Source: Saccharolobus solfataricus P2
GTDB lineage: Archaea > Thermoproteota > Thermoprotei_A > Sulfolobales > Sulfolobaceae
Assembly: GCF_000007005.1 (NCBI RefSeq)
Contig: NC_002754.1
Length of the DNA: 64,000 nucleotides
Strand: one strand, 5' to 3'
Shown here: positions 63,901-64,000 of the stretch, in pieces
Position numbering within the stretch: the stretch's first letter is position 1
Layout: every line of letters starts with the position of its first letter
Notes under the pieces: generated by a model
What the model saw: the letters and a program-made list of their open reading frames with translations, nothing else
Databases searched by the model: none
What the model was told of the DNA's origin: nothing
Made by a program: the position numbers and the translations under genes

Positions 63901-64000
63901 ATTTTTTTGACATTATCAATTTTTAAAATATTTGGCAGAAGCTCTTCGATATTCGGTAACAAATCCTACGGTAGAATTTTAAGTATCAGCTACCATTGCC

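Overview
AT-rich archaeal chromosome segment from a Sulfolobales member. The citrate synthase, soxABCDL, copRTA and cutABC proteins look like those of Saccharolobus solfataricus; this is recognised from sequence and not database-checked. Gene order: 3' end of prpB, CBS protein, gltA, tpiA, aminotransferase, tenA, pcm, an ABC exporter, a large repeat-rich surface glycoprotein, sHSP, ABC1 kinase, an orphan degenerate Csx1-like protein converging on two RHH-like genes, treT, HtrA, peroxiredoxin, an oligopeptide ABC system, an aryl-CoA catabolic cluster (single diiron protein, frameshifted paaK-like ligase), a sulfur-relay island (DsrE x2, TusA, SQR-like, DUF1641, NifX-like, rhodanese, SelD-like), a molybdo-aldehyde oxidoreductase, a sulerythrin operon, an ABC-2 exporter, a copper-resistance locus, SoxABCD oxidase and Rieske SoxL. 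Features missed by the ORF track: two C/D-box-like RNAs, three small CDS (copT, soxD, a 33-aa membrane peptide), two IS200/IS605-type non-autonomous remnants and an IS1 fragment. I saw no CRISPR array, rRNA or tRNA. Best candidates for undescribed biology: the pseudo-Csx1/RHH locus (15.9-19.3 kb), the SelD-like sulfur island (37.2-43.3 kb) and the single-diiron aryl-CoA pathway (30.2-37.2 kb).
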